From an uncultured Gammaproteobacteria bacterium (GTDB taxonomy: Bacteria; Pseudomonadota; Gammaproteobacteria; UBA9214), in the NCBI GenBank assembly GCA_963753755.1, contig CAVWDM010000023.1, positions 8,190 through 72,189 of the forward strand: 64,000 nucleotides of DNA. The letters run 5' to 3'. How positions within the stretch are numbered: position 1 is the stretch's first letter; the number at the start of each line of letters is the position of its first letter. Both the position numbers and the translations under genes were made by a program. Under the pieces are notes generated by a model. It worked only from the letters and a program-made list of their open reading frames with translations. It was not told where the DNA came from and searched no databases. Shown here in pieces: positions 43,169 through 54,324 of this stretch.

Positions 43169-43507
43169 ATGAGTTGCGAAGGTATCTGGGTTGTGGAAAT
43201 GAAAGGTCCATATGGTTGGGAACGCATAGCCATAGCATTTATGAAAAATGGGGAATACCAGGGAGCAGGTCCCAACCACTATGCGGTAGGAAGTTACAAG
43301 GAAGAGGGCGATGATTTCGAGATGTCTGTTGCTATTACACAATATGGTCAGTTGCGCACCATATTCGGAAAAAAATTCGCAGGTAAAATACAGATCACAT
43401 CAAAAGGCAAGATCGAGAAAAATAAAATTGTTGGCACCAGCAAGGCGAAAGGGGTGAAGAATTTCGATATCCTGATTCGCCTGACCAGGTTAGACGATCT
43501 CAAATAA
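43169..43507 (+). CDS. Hypothetical GrlR-like beta-barrel protein
   Basis: EGIWVVE...NG.Y.G...Y.VGSY pattern; GGAG RBS before ATG 43169. Confidence 0.55.
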   Translation: MSCEGIWVVEMKGPYGWERIAIAFMKNGEYQGAGPNHYAVGSYKEEGDDFEMSVAITQYGQLRTIFGKKFAGKIQITSKGKIEKNKIVGTSKAKGVKNFDILIRLTRLDDLK

Positions 43508-43568
43508 GCGCTGTTTGAAGATCGAAACTCCATCATGGAGTATGCTGACTCGGGAACTGTGTCCTGGG

Positions 43569-44819
43569 TTAGTGGTTAACGGGCGTTGTGGACCGCAGGC
43601 GGAACAGGCCCTCTGTGTGGGAATCACTGGTGAAATACAATGCCCCGTCCGGACCTGTTATCACACCGACCGGTCGCGCCAGTCGTTGCCCGTCTGCTCT
43701 CTGGAAGCCACTCACGACAGGCACGACATCCGCCGCTTTGCCATCTGAGAAATGTACCATCACGAGGGCCGGTGGCCGTCGTGTGGATCGCTTTCCAAGC
43801 ATACCTCCGGAGGGTTGAGTCCCCCAGGACCCCCTCAGGGCTACGATGGCATTGTTGTAAAAACGCTTGTCCATGGCTGTTTCCGGTACAAAGGCGACAC
43901 CCATGGGGGCGTTACGAGCCGGGAAGGTGGCAACCGGAATCGCTACATCACTGCGTGGACGGGGAGGGGAGGTGCGCACACAGTCATCGCGCTGGATGGA
44001 CTTGCCGTCAAACTGGTACCACGGCATACCATGGAACGAGCCGGGTGTGAGTTTTGCAAAATACTCGGGAGGCTGGTCGTAACCGAGGTGATCGGGGCCA
44101 TTGTTGGACGCGTACAGGATGCGGGTTTGCGGGTGCCAGTCAAACCCCACCGGGTTGCGCAGACCGGATGCGAAGCTCTGCCAGCGGGGTCGTTGTCCGC
44201 TTTCATCAAGCACCAGTACACCGCCGCGCCGGTCGTCGAATGGGTAGCCCTGATCAAGATACTCATCGGAACAATTACCGCTGATTCCCAGGGCAAGGTA
44301 CACACGCTGGTCCGGACCGACGGCCACGGTGCGGCTGCTGTGACCGCCACCGCCTGGCAGGGCAGCGAGCAACTGAACGGTATCCCGGTCGATGCGGGTC
44401 TGGCCAGGCCTGAAGTTGGCGCGATACAGGCCATCGGTCTGTGCAATCAGCAGTTCGCCGTCGCGATAGGCGATGCTATGCGGGTAGTCCTCCAGCTCGA
44501 CCAGTACCTCAGCCCTGCGAAACGGGGGTTCCATTCGGTAAACCTTGCCACTGCGTGAGCCGATCAACAGATCCCCATTTGGCAGGAACTCCAGCAAGCG
44601 GGGTTGCTCCAGTTGGTCTGTCAACAGTTCCAGCTGCATACCGGCCGGGATGGCTAGCGTCCACACCTCGCCGGAAGCCGTCAGCTGCTGTTCATGGAGC
44701 TGCCATTCCTCGGCATGAACTGTCGTTGCATACAGGCACAGGACGGCAAGCAATGGCAAGTGTGATACAGGCATATTGCAAGGGTAGCGCAAACCGTGTG
44801 TCGAGACTAAATAATCCAC
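43569..44819 (-). CDS. PQQ-dependent sugar/sorbosone dehydrogenase family protein
   Basis: Signal peptide, FASGLRNPVG, GSW, ARPVGV..GPDGALY.TSD; the true start may be the internal MPVSHL. Confidence 0.88.
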   Translation of the reverse strand: MDYLVSTHGLRYPCNMPVSHLPLLAVLCLYATTVHAEEWQLHEQQLTASGEVWTLAIPAGMQLELLTDQLEQPRLLEFLPNGDLLIGSRSGKVYRMEPPFRRAEVLVELEDYPHSIAYRDGELLIAQTDGLYRANFRPGQTRIDRDTVQLLAALPGGGGHSSRTVAVGPDQRVYLALGISGNCSDEYLDQGYPFDDRRGGVLVLDESGQRPRWQSFASGLRNPVGFDWHPQTRILYASNNGPDHLGYDQPPEYFAKLTPGSFHGMPWYQFDGKSIQRDDCVRTSPPRPRSDVAIPVATFPARNAPMGVAFVPETAMDKRFYNNAIVALRGSWGTQPSGGMLGKRSTRRPPALVMVHFSDGKAADVVPVVSGFQRADGQRLARPVGVITGPDGALYFTSDSHTEGLFRLRSTTPVNH

Positions 44820-45178
44820 CCTGCTATGGGAGGTATATTGAGTAGCAGCGGTATGCGAAGGCCTGGAACAGGGGCGTAGCGTTCATTTCCGTGAATACCT
44901 GTTAAATACCATTGCAGATGACCGCTGCAAGCAGATACTGCTTGTTGGTCTCAATACCCGTGTTTCCTCATGCTGTCCTCATTTCATAGGATCAATTATC
45001 GTCTGTTCACGGGAGTAAAGGGCATGGAAAGATGTATCTCATGTCTGAATAACAGCATGGAAAATAAAATCACAATGGAGGCGTTCGTAGAGGTAAGGTG
45101 GCCGATCAGTGTCGCCCCGCAGCAGGGTGCAGATGGTTGTTCTGCGGGAGATCAGGGGGATAAAGTATTCTCAGGCAG

Positions 45179-45499
45179 CTAGTATGTCTGTGAATTATGC
45201 GTGTGTCGGTCGTCAGTCAACGACTTCTGGTATTCATTGAGTTCCTGCTGCCAGGCTTTGCAGCCGTGCAGCAAGGAAGGTACGATGACAGTGCCGGAGA
45301 GCAATGCAAAGAAGTTGCCGGTTGCAATGTTGTGGTATTCCAGAAACACGATGATTGCAGTGACCAGTGCCAGCAGTGAGATCATGCTGCTGCTAAATGC
45401 GAAAGAGATGATATGTGCAAGCAAGCTTGAGACTGACGGCTTGTCCATGTCCTGTATGTTGTGAATTTTCTGCATCATCCTCATCGAGGAGTGTGTCAT
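45179..45499 (-). CDS. Hypothetical membrane protein
   Basis: AGGAG RBS; two hydrophobic segments. Confidence 0.55.
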   Translation of the reverse strand: MTHSSMRMMQKIHNIQDMDKPSVSSLLAHIISFAFSSSMISLLALVTAIIVFLEYHNIATGNFFALLSGTVIVPSLLHGCKAWQQELNEYQKSLTDDRHTHNSQTY

Positions 45500-45809
45500 G
45501 CCGATGCTCCTGCTTCTGATACGCTCATTTCATCAGCATAGGCAGGTTCACGGTCGGTGTATATTGTCCCAAGGTATGACATCCTTTGCTGGAGCGTAAA
45601 TCGTCAGTGATACAGGAAATGGCTTACCCTCGCCGGCATGTGATACTGGTATCTCTATGCAAGGCATAGAAACACCCTGTGTAGTTTGGCTGGCCAGTGA
45701 ATAGGCACACTCGGGCAGCATAACTGACTTCCCCGCTGCAGTTGAAGCACGGCGAGGGGAATGGTATCGGCGCCATGAATTCATGCGGTCGTGGATACCG
45801 ATAATCTGC

Positions 45810-48527
45810 TTATTGTGAACCCAACGGTATCTTTGGTGACCAGTGCAGCCAGCTTTCCATGTGCTTGTCATGCAACTGGAAAGACATTCCCTCACTGGCA
45901 GCATCCCCCATGTCGGAATTGTCAGGTGTACTAAAGGCGATGCCGCCCTCAAGGATAGATTCCAGCGAGCCAGTCTCAACTTTTATACCGCCGATAACAC
46001 TGGCATCGACGCGGATGCCGCTGGTATTCCAGAACACTGAATTGCCACGCACCAGCGGGGCGTAGTAGGGCCTGATGTTGATGAACACAATCACCTCGTT
46101 GGCAATGGCCCCCAGCTTGTAGCCAATGACGCTACCCACGGGTACCTGTCGATAATAGACCGGGTCGCCGATTTTAATAGACCCGAGTCGCTGTGTCGTT
46201 AGTTGTAAATTGAGGCCGTCACCGAGGCCTTTTTCGAAGGGTTCTTGCTCCAGTCCGGTGAATTGTGTGGCTGGTATACCCTCACCGGGCTGCACGGCAA
46301 TGTAGTTACCGCTAATCAGGGTGCCAAGGTGTTCGGTTTTAGTCAGACCGAGTTTCGCGCTGACCACCCAGAAGCGCGTGCCCGTACTGGCCATGTGACT
46401 GGCTGATCCAAACAGGTCTGCATAAACTGTCACACCATTGCGGTTGTTTCTGAGTTTGACATCCGTGACGCGACCGATCTGGATGTCCTGGTATTTGATT
46501 GCAGCGCCGGCAGACAGTCCGGTTGACGAATCAAACGTAATACGAATCGGTATGCTGTCTTCCATTGCGCTGCGTGCATCCTTATACAGGGGAAATACCG
46601 CATTCTCCTGTGCGACGGCGCCCGGCTTGTCCGGTGTGCTGAAGGCAATGCCGCCCGCGAGTATCGACTTGACGGATTCGCTCTTCAGATGGAAGTTACC
46701 AAGCCCACCCGTCACCTCGATACCGCTGGCATTCCAGAAGCGTGTATTTGTATGTACCAGGTGTTTGTATCGCGGCCTGATGGTGAGTTGTACCAGTACC
46801 GTTTCATTGTCCTCATCCAACCGGTAGCTATCGACCTGCCCGACCGTTATCCTTTTATAAAGCACCGGCGAGCCGGCTGCGAGCGAATCAAGATTCGCGG
46901 TGCGAACACTCAGATGCAGACCGGGTTTACGCTTGTTGCGAAACAGGGTCTCGTTTTCGGAGGCCTCGTCGAAATTCGGGTACAGTTTGAAATGGCTGCC
47001 GTTTTTCGCTGCTGTCCTGGACGGCTTGTTGCCTGGTGTGGCAAAAGCAATACCGCCCGAGATGATGCTGGCGGCTGACCCGGTTCTCAGCTTGAAACCT
47101 GCCACACTGCCACTCAGCTCTATACCGCTGGCATTCCAGAAGCGTGTGTTGCTGTGTACCAGATGGGCGTACTGATCCTTGATATAGGCATCTATGATGA
47201 TCCGCTCGCCCGATTTATCGAGGTGATAGGATTGCACATGACCGACGGGAACTCTCTTGTAGTAGATGCTGGTGCCTGTTGAGAGCGAACCGAGGTTATC
47301 GGCGCTGAGCGTGAAGTGCAGACCGGGGAGGCTGACAGGTAGTACCGGCTGTTCGTCCAGTACCGTGAAATCTGTCAGCGGTTCTCCTTCACCGGGTTGC
47401 ATTGCAATGTACTCACCTGAAAGCAGCGTCGACAGACCCGATACTTCGGTGAGTGATATCTGCGGACTGACTCGCCAGAAGCGGGTGCCGGTGGTGAGCA
47501 GGTGACTTGCACGAGGGTCAAGCGATGCGTGTGCCACAACGCCGCTAAGATCCTTTTCAATGCCGATCTCTTCAATGTTGCCTATCTCAATTCCTTCAAA
47601 CATGATGCGGGTGTTGTGTTCCTTGAGGCCTTCCCCGCTTTTCAGGTGCAGTGTGATGTTCACGCCGGCATCGGCAACCTTGAAATTATCGTATAAAGTG
47701 AATACATCGCCATCTTCGGCGGGGATGGTGGATTCATCGTAGTCCGGTGTGAAGAAGGCCAGACCGCCGGAGAGTATGCTTGTCACTGACTCGGTTTCAA
47801 CAGACAAGCCGGACAGACCGCCGGAAATGCTGATACCACTGGCGTTCCAGAAGCGGCTGCTTGTTCTCACCAGGTGTTCATACTTCTCGTTGATGAAGAG
47901 GTTGATGTTGACGCTGTTACCGTCTTCGGCGAGGGTATGTTCCTGAACACGCCCGACGAGAATTTGCCGGTAGTAGATGGGCGCATCCTGTCTGAGCGAG
48001 CCGAGCTTCTCGGCCGTGACAGTGATATGCAGTCCCGGGGTTTCGACATTATGTGGAGGCGGACTGGGCAGTGCCCTGAACTTGCGCGTCTTTTTTCCGC
48101 CCCCGGGTTTGACACCGATATAGTTGCCGGACAGTAGGGTACCCAGCCCGGTCACGCCGGCAAGAGAAATTTCCGGTTTCACCAGCCAGAATTGTGCATT
48201 CGACCCCAGGTGTTTCTCGGCATTACGCGGGATGTCGATGTGGACCGTCACCGACTGCAGATCCGGGTTCAGCTGCACCGTCTTGACCCGCGCAACCTCA
48301 AGGCCGCGGTACATCAGCTTGGTCTTGCCGGCCTCGATGCCGTCGGCGGTGTTGAATACGATTTCAATGGGTACGCCGGCGTCCATCAGACTCTTGATCA
48401 CCAGACCGCCACCAATGAGTGCCGCCAGCAACGGCAATATCCAGATAAACGGAATGCCGCGTTTTTTATTCAGCACGGGTTTCTGCGGTTTGCCGGTATC
48501 GTTACCGGTCGCCGGTTGCTCAGTCAT
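45810..48527 (-). CDS. letB: LetB/YebT-like protein with seven MCE domains
   Basis: N-terminal TM WILPLLAALIG; seven FW-containing MCE repeats (AQFW, SRFW, TRFW x4, SVFW); W..WSPKIPL end. Confidence 0.88.
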   Translation of the reverse strand: MTEQPATGNDTGKPQKPVLNKKRGIPFIWILPLLAALIGGGLVIKSLMDAGVPIEIVFNTADGIEAGKTKLMYRGLEVARVKTVQLNPDLQSVTVHIDIPRNAEKHLGSNAQFWLVKPEISLAGVTGLGTLLSGNYIGVKPGGGKKTRKFRALPSPPPHNVETPGLHITVTAEKLGSLRQDAPIYYRQILVGRVQEHTLAEDGNSVNINLFINEKYEHLVRTSSRFWNASGISISGGLSGLSVETESVTSILSGGLAFFTPDYDESTIPAEDGDVFTLYDNFKVADAGVNITLHLKSGEGLKEHNTRIMFEGIEIGNIEEIGIEKDLSGVVAHASLDPRASHLLTTGTRFWRVSPQISLTEVSGLSTLLSGEYIAMQPGEGEPLTDFTVLDEQPVLPVSLPGLHFTLSADNLGSLSTGTSIYYKRVPVGHVQSYHLDKSGERIIIDAYIKDQYAHLVHSNTRFWNASGIELSGSVAGFKLRTGSAASIISGGIAFATPGNKPSRTAAKNGSHFKLYPNFDEASENETLFRNKRKPGLHLSVRTANLDSLAAGSPVLYKRITVGQVDSYRLDEDNETVLVQLTIRPRYKHLVHTNTRFWNASGIEVTGGLGNFHLKSESVKSILAGGIAFSTPDKPGAVAQENAVFPLYKDARSAMEDSIPIRITFDSSTGLSAGAAIKYQDIQIGRVTDVKLRNNRNGVTVYADLFGSASHMASTGTRFWVVSAKLGLTKTEHLGTLISGNYIAVQPGEGIPATQFTGLEQEPFEKGLGDGLNLQLTTQRLGSIKIGDPVYYRQVPVGSVIGYKLGAIANEVIVFINIRPYYAPLVRGNSVFWNTSGIRVDASVIGGIKVETGSLESILEGGIAFSTPDNSDMGDAASEGMSFQLHDKHMESWLHWSPKIPLGSQ

Positions 48528-49152
48528 CAGTAACCTCTTTATCCCAGATTAAGCGCGCATCAAATGTCGTGGCGGCCAGCATGGTCAACACCACGACGCT
48601 GCCAAAGGCAGTAGCACCAGGTCCCGACACAATCTGTGCAATACTGCCGAAGTTGACCAGTGCAACCAGCAGGGCAATAACAAACATGTCGAGCATCGAC
48701 CAGCGGCCGACCAGTTCGACGGCACGGTACATGCGGGTGCGCTGGCGGTCGTCCAGCACCCATTTTAACTGCACGGATAACAGCAGGATCAGCAGTGCGA
48801 CCATTTTCAGTACGGGTACCAGGATGCTGGCGATAAATATTACCGCTGCGACCGGGTAGCTGCCGTGCTGTAGCAAGGTGATAACACCGGACATGATGGT
48901 GTCGGGTTGTCCGGCGCCGAAATAGGTGACTGTCATAATCGGCAGGATATTCGCCGGTATATAGAGGATTGCAGCCGTGATCAATAATGCCCAGGTACGT
49001 GACAGGCTGTTGGTGGCACGCATGTGCATGTGTGCCCGGCAGCGCGGGCAGTGCTCTTCATAACCGTCATGGCCGACATCAAATGCCAGCTTGCCGCAGG
49101 TATGGCAGCGAATCAGGCCCATTTGCCTGGCAGTTAACGGATGTTGTCTCAC
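48520..49152 (-). CDS. PqiA/LetA-family membrane protein (C-terminal-half type)
   Basis: CxxC...CPRC, PANILPIM, GRWSMLDMF, FDARLIWD. Confidence 0.9.
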   Translation of the reverse strand: MRQHPLTARQMGLIRCHTCGKLAFDVGHDGYEEHCPRCRAHMHMRATNSLSRTWALLITAAILYIPANILPIMTVTYFGAGQPDTIMSGVITLLQHGSYPVAAVIFIASILVPVLKMVALLILLLSVQLKWVLDDRQRTRMYRAVELVGRWSMLDMFVIALLVALVNFGSIAQIVSGPGATAFGSVVVLTMLAATTFDARLIWDKEVTDD

Positions 49153-49805
49153 TGCGATTGCCCTTTCAGGCCGTGCTCGATCCTGCTCCAGAAATCGTCC
49201 TGGTCAAGCAATGAGGACATCAATGTGGTCACCAGTAACAGGGCGATGAAACAATACAGGCCAATACCCGGTATAACACTGGCCATGCCCTTGAGCTTTA
49301 CCACGGCGACCAGCACGCTCAGCATATACACTTCGAGCATGCCCCATTCATCAAGATAGTGGTAGTAACGAAACGCATAGGGCAATAGCGGGCTGGATCG
49401 TTGCAACTGCAGGCAGCCAGAGACAAACAGCATGAGCAGCAACTTGCAAAGCGGGATCACGACGCTGGCAAAAAACACCAACAGGGCCGTCCAGTACAAA
49501 CCTTCCCGAAACAGCACCAGGGAGCCCTCGTATATCGTGGTCGAGGATTCCTGGCCGACGAGGTCCAGTGTCATGACCGGTAACAGATTGGCCGGCAAGA
49601 ACAGCAGTAGCCCGGTGACAGCAAGCGCCAGGGTATGTTCTACGCTTTGCTCCCGTGATTGATACAGCGGGTTGGCGCAGCGCGGGCACAGTGCCTTGTC
49701 ACCGAGGGGCGTTTCCACACGCTCCAGCAACAGGTCGCAGTCCTTGCAGGCGATCCAGTTCTCCGGGATAGATGTCAGGGGTTGGGTGCTGTCTTGGGTT
49801 CTCAT
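49149..49805 (-). CDS. PqiA/LetA-family membrane protein (N-terminal-half type)
   Basis: ACKDCDLL, CPRC, EWGMLEVY; start ATG 49805. Confidence 0.9.
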   Translation of the reverse strand: MRTQDSTQPLTSIPENWIACKDCDLLLERVETPLGDKALCPRCANPLYQSREQSVEHTLALAVTGLLLFLPANLLPVMTLDLVGQESSTTIYEGSLVLFREGLYWTALLVFFASVVIPLCKLLLMLFVSGCLQLQRSSPLLPYAFRYYHYLDEWGMLEVYMLSVLVAVVKLKGMASVIPGIGLYCFIALLLVTTLMSSLLDQDDFWSRIEHGLKGQSQ

Positions 49806-49857
49806 GAAAATACTTATAATACAGATAGATGGGTCTTTATGTGAGCAGCCTGTCTGT

Positions 49858-50889
49858 CTAGCGGAAAGGGGCAGCCAGCGGTTCGCCAATGAACACACCC
49901 TGACCGGGCCATTGGACACTTTTCCAGTAAGCTTCCAGCAGGGTCTCGCCATTCAGGTAACGGTCAATAACAATATTCGGACGTGGAAATTTCTGTATGA
50001 AGGCACACGGTTCGACCACGGTGCCATAGCTGCCGGTCGCGCCCGCCTGCAGCCAGCGCAGGCTGCTCATTTGCCGACTGCCGGTTAATTTGCCACCGGC
50101 GGATGTCAGGTGATCCGCGATGGCACCGGGACGGTACTGATTTTTGTCGATGCCCTTGACGTGTACCAGCCCGGTGAAATAGAACATGATGTCACTGCGA
50201 TGCTGCAGGGAATTACCTTTAATAGTCTCCACCTTGAAACGGTCGGACTGCAGCAGGTGTATGCCGGGATAAAAGCGTGCCCGCGTATTCCTGACCTTGT
50301 CGGATGTGCTTAGCAGGTAGGCCGTGCCGTCCGGGTGGGTACCGTCAGCGGTAACACCGCGATCAATGAGTGCCTGCACCGCGGCATACGTTTCACCGGC
50401 CAGCATTATGGTCGGACGCCAGTTAAAATCTGTAAACGGCCGCTGGCTGTTGCTGTTGAAATAAGGGCTTGCCCTGGTCGCCTTGCATCCCTGTACGCAG
50501 AATGCTTCATCGAAGCCGGCTGCGAATGCCGTTGTGATGGACATGCAACCAACCCGGTAGGGTGCCGTCCAGGTCAGTACGTAACCCTGTATGCTTGCCG
50601 GGACCTGTTTATCCAGTTGTTCCTTGATCAACCTGAAGGTTTGCGGGCGCATGACATTGCTGCCCGGTGTGAACTTTACATGGATGACATTACTGGCGGG
50701 GATGTGTCGCCGTGTCTGGTAATACTCGCCAATGCGGCGACTCAACGGGTCCTCGTCATTTACGATCAGTGCGAGATGTTGCGGGCCGAGTGTGGAACCG
50801 ACAGGCGTTTCGATCATGTCAGCACCAGGTCCACTGTCACAGGCCGAGAGTAGCATCAGTGACAGCAGCAGCGAGAGCAGCGTTTGCAT
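49858..50889 (-). CDS. TIGR03790-family lipoprotein
   Basis: LSAC lipobox, LIVNDEDP.S..IGEYY...R.IP..N, GAIADHLTS.GG, GATGSYGTVVEPC, IGEPLA.PF. Confidence 0.8.
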   Translation of the reverse strand: MQTLLSLLLSLMLLSACDSGPGADMIETPVGSTLGPQHLALIVNDEDPLSRRIGEYYQTRRHIPASNVIHVKFTPGSNVMRPQTFRLIKEQLDKQVPASIQGYVLTWTAPYRVGCMSITTAFAAGFDEAFCVQGCKATRASPYFNSNSQRPFTDFNWRPTIMLAGETYAAVQALIDRGVTADGTHPDGTAYLLSTSDKVRNTRARFYPGIHLLQSDRFKVETIKGNSLQHRSDIMFYFTGLVHVKGIDKNQYRPGAIADHLTSAGGKLTGSRQMSSLRWLQAGATGSYGTVVEPCAFIQKFPRPNIVIDRYLNGETLLEAYWKSVQWPGQGVFIGEPLAAPFR

Positions 50890-50944
50890 GGAATGGTTCT
50901 GTGGCGCCGGTATTGGTGTGGCCGACTGGGCGATCCCGGGCCGG

Positions 50945-51952
50945 TCAGTTGTTTTCACGGTACTCTATCGGGGATACCCCCGTCCAGCGTTTGAAGGCAC
51001 GGGTGAAGTTGCTGGGTTCGGAAAAACCCAGTAAATAGGTGATTTCGCCGAGTGAGCGATGCGTTTCGCGAATATAAAGCAGTGCCAGTTCCCGGCGGGT
51101 ACTCTCCAGTAGTGTCTTGTAATTGGTTGATTCGCTGTTGAGTTTGCGTTGCAGACTGCGCAAGCTGACATTCAGGGAATGCGCTATGTCTTCCTGGTTG
51201 GGTGTTCCATCCTGCAGACGTTCAATGATTCTTGAACGCACCTGCATAGTCAGGCTGTCACGGTCAAAGCGCGCCAGGTAATCTACAACAGCCTGGTCAT
51301 TGATGCGTGCCAACAGGGGGTTGGCATTGATTAACGGTGTATCAACCAGTTGTTTGCTGAAGGACAGTATGTTGGCATCGGCGTCGTACTGGAGCGGTGC
51401 GCGAAAGAATGCCTGTAGCTTGCTGTCACAGTTCGGCTTCGGGCGTTTCAGCGAGACATGAACAGGGTCAATCTCGTCTCCTGCAGTCAAGCGACACATG
51501 CGCAGAAAACCGCTCAAGCCGGAATCCTGGAAAGCGGTGACAACCACCTTTACCCCTTTCGGCGGTAATATGACCAGGTCCAGGCAGTCATCGTTATCCT
51601 GCAGATGTATGTTGGCTGCCGAGGATATCAGTCGTGAATAACGCACCAGGCGGGTGAGTGCATCCCGCAGCGTGTCACTGGCCATCCAGGAAAAGCCAAG
51701 GCCATGCAGGACAACGGGCTGGACATGCTCTCCCGCGACAAAACCGAAACAGGGATCGCCACTCGCATCTACTGCAAGTTGCCAGAGATGCTGTATACGG
51801 TCGCCGGGGTAACGGGTATCCGGGTTTGACAGTTGGCTCATATCAATTCCTGCCTTCCTGAAGAGCGGCTCCGGATCACAGCCGTAGGTGCGCAGGGTAT
51901 GTGCTACCAGGGCGGCAACACTACCCATCATCGAGTAGTTACCAGTAGACAT
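50945..51952 (-). CDS. AraC-family transcriptional regulator
   Basis: SLRSLQRKL, LLGFSEPSNFTRAFKRWTG. Confidence 0.93.
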   Translation of the reverse strand: MSTGNYSMMGSVAALVAHTLRTYGCDPEPLFRKAGIDMSQLSNPDTRYPGDRIQHLWQLAVDASGDPCFGFVAGEHVQPVVLHGLGFSWMASDTLRDALTRLVRYSRLISSAANIHLQDNDDCLDLVILPPKGVKVVVTAFQDSGLSGFLRMCRLTAGDEIDPVHVSLKRPKPNCDSKLQAFFRAPLQYDADANILSFSKQLVDTPLINANPLLARINDQAVVDYLARFDRDSLTMQVRSRIIERLQDGTPNQEDIAHSLNVSLRSLQRKLNSESTNYKTLLESTRRELALLYIRETHRSLGEITYLLGFSEPSNFTRAFKRWTGVSPIEYRENN

Positions 51953-52168
51953 CGTTATCAGTCCTTATTAATGAGCATCAGCGGATCAGTCGATGGCATG
52001 TCTTGACAGCACAATAGTAGCAGGCCGGCGCTAATGAATCAGCATCGAGTCTACGTCGGTCACACGGATGTCAACAAGGCCAGACTTGTTTTATTGTTTT
52101 TCTACGGTAGACGTCTGAGACGGGTGGGGTGTGCTGAGCTGATGACAGTGTTAGCGGGCTGTAAAAAG

Positions 52169-53236
52169 TCAGTCGATAGTGTGTCGTTCCTTGACGAAAT
52201 CAACCATACGCTGGGTGGCTGTGAGGGCCTTTATGCGGACCGCTTCCGGGACGTGGATTTCATTACTGCCATTTTTCAGGACCTCGGCCAGGTTGCGCAG
52301 ATTATTCATCGCCATCCACGGACAGTGAGCACAGCTTTCACAGGTGGCACCTTCGCCCGCTGACGGGGCTTCCAGAAATGTTTTGTCGGGTGCAGCCTGT
52401 TTCATCTTGTAGAAGATGCCGTTGTCCGTGGCGACGATGAATTTCTTGTTGGGGAGCCGTGTGGCGGCATTGATCAGCTGTGTGGTTGAACCCACCACGT
52501 CGGCGAGTGCAATCACGGATTGCGGCGATTCGGGATGTACCAGGATGGCCGCGTCCGGGTGGCGCTCGGCGAGGTTTTGCAGTGCCTCGGCCTTGAAACG
52601 TTCATGCACAATGCAACTGGCCTGCCAGAGTAGCATGTCAGCACGGGTTACCCGCTGGACATAGCTGCCAAGGTAACGGTCGGGTGCCCAGAGAATCTTC
52701 TTGCCTTGTTGCTTCAGATATTTTGCAACGTCAACCGCAATGCTTGAGGTGACCACCCAGTCGGCACGAGCCTTCACTTCTGCACAGGTGTTGGCATAGA
52801 CCACCACGGTGCGCTCCGGGTGCGCGTCGCAGAACGGGATGAATTTCTCCGCGGGGCAGCCTAGATCCAGCGAACACTCGGCTTTCAGGGTTGGCATCAG
52901 GACGCGTTTTTCCGGATTCAGTATTTTGGCAGTTTCCCCCATGAAGCGTACCCCGGCAACAACCAGGGTGCTGGCAGGGTGCTGGTTGCCGAAGCGCGCC
53001 ATCTCGAGTGAGTCGGATACGGTGCCGCCGGTTTCATCGGCGATCATTTGCAGATCATCGTCGGTGTAATAATGTGCCACCAGGGCAGCATCCTTTTCCT
53101 TCAGGAGCTGTTTGATCTCGGTGATCAGCATGTCACGCTCACCGGTGTCATATGCCGGTTGGGCGACGCTGCCAGGAAGCGGGTAGGGAGTGTCCGGTGT
53201 GTCTGGAAGCGGATCGCTGTGTGTTGCCTCAGTCAT
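52169..53236 (-). CDS. nadA: Quinolinate synthase
   Basis: [34 protein letters not shown]. Confidence 0.96.
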   Translation of the reverse strand: MTEATHSDPLPDTPDTPYPLPGSVAQPAYDTGERDMLITEIKQLLKEKDAALVAHYYTDDDLQMIADETGGTVSDSLEMARFGNQHPASTLVVAGVRFMGETAKILNPEKRVLMPTLKAECSLDLGCPAEKFIPFCDAHPERTVVVYANTCAEVKARADWVVTSSIAVDVAKYLKQQGKKILWAPDRYLGSYVQRVTRADMLLWQASCIVHERFKAEALQNLAERHPDAAILVHPESPQSVIALADVVGSTTQLINAATRLPNKKFIVATDNGIFYKMKQAAPDKTFLEAPSAGEGATCESCAHCPWMAMNNLRNLAEVLKNGSNEIHVPEAVRIKALTATQRMVDFVKERHTID

Positions 53237-53306
53237 GGCGTGGGTTACCTTGTTCTCCGAAAGTACCTTCGGAATAGTATGTAACTGACTGTTTTAACGT
53301 GTTTAT

Positions 53307-53705
53307 TTATGTTTTGTCGGTTGGTGGTGCAGGTTCTTTCTGTTTGCTAATGCGTCGCAGTATATCTGCCGATTCGGTATCGCCGCTGTCTGATGCCAGT
53401 TGCAACCAGCGGGCCGCTTCTTCAAGGTCGCGAGTTACCCCCTGTCCCTGGTAGTACATCATACCGAGGTTGGCTTGCGCATCGACAAACCCCTGTTCTG
53501 CGGCCTTGCGGTACCATTCCGCGGCCTTGCCAAGGTCCGGTTCCGGGCTGGTACCTTCATCGTACATGACACCGATATTGTACTGGGCCTCGACATCCCC
53601 CAGTTCGGCCAGCGGCAGCCATTCTTCAAAAGCTGCCAGATAGTCTCCTTTCAGATAGGACTGGTAGCCGCCACCGAGAATGGTCCATGTCGGCATGCCT
53701 GCCAT
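53307..53705 (-). CDS. Sel1-repeat protein
   Basis: AQYNIGVMY..G, WYRKAAEQG..AQANLG; the start may lie further upstream. Confidence 0.85.
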   Translation of the reverse strand: MAGMPTWTILGGGYQSYLKGDYLAAFEEWLPLAELGDVEAQYNIGVMYDEGTSPEPDLGKAAEWYRKAAEQGFVDAQANLGMMYYQGQGVTRDLEEAARWLQLASDSGDTESADILRRISKQKEPAPPTDKT

Positions 53706-53911
53706 TAGCAGGTAACCAAATTCAGGAGTTTCATTAACATAGCTGACATTCTAATAACTTTACCGGCAATATGTATAGCCAATGTTGGGTAGGGGCCATA
53801 AAATGGAGCTATTCTTTGGGTTGATTGTTGAATGCTGGCGGAAGTTAGCGCCAGCTGCAGATGCAGCGGTTCAGCTCTGTTTTGTAACAGTATGAATAAT
53901 GGATGATTAAC

Positions 53912-54322
53912 ATGTACCGCGTGTCAAAATCTGTCTCCTTTTGTTACGGTCATCGGCTACTGAACTACCAGGGCAAGTGCCAGCACTTGCATGGACATAA
54001 TGCCCGTGCGGTGATCATGTTGCAGAGTAAGACGCTGGATGAACGCGGTATGGTGGAAGATTTCAGTGACTTGAAGCGGCTGGTGTGGGAATGGCTGGAT
54101 AGCGAAATTGACCATACCCTGTTGCTGCACAAGGACGACCCGATTCTGCCCTTGTTGCAGGGCAGTGGTGAACGGGTCAGGGTGACGCAGGAGAATCCAA
54201 CGGCCGAAGTCATTGCGAAAATGATATATGAGTATGTTGCAGCAAAAGGTTTTCCAGTGACCGATGTGACTTTGTGGGAGACGGAAACCAGTTATGCCAG
54301 CTATAGTAGTGATTCCCGGTAG
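53912..54322 (+). CDS. queD: 6-carboxytetrahydropterin synthase
   Basis: GHRL...C.HLHGHN, NPTAE, LWETE. Confidence 0.9.
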   Translation: MYRVSKSVSFCYGHRLLNYQGKCQHLHGHNARAVIMLQSKTLDERGMVEDFSDLKRLVWEWLDSEIDHTLLLHKDDPILPLLQGSGERVRVTQENPTAEVIAKMIYEYVAAKGFPVTDVTLWETETSYASYSSDSR

Positions 54323-54324
54323 CC

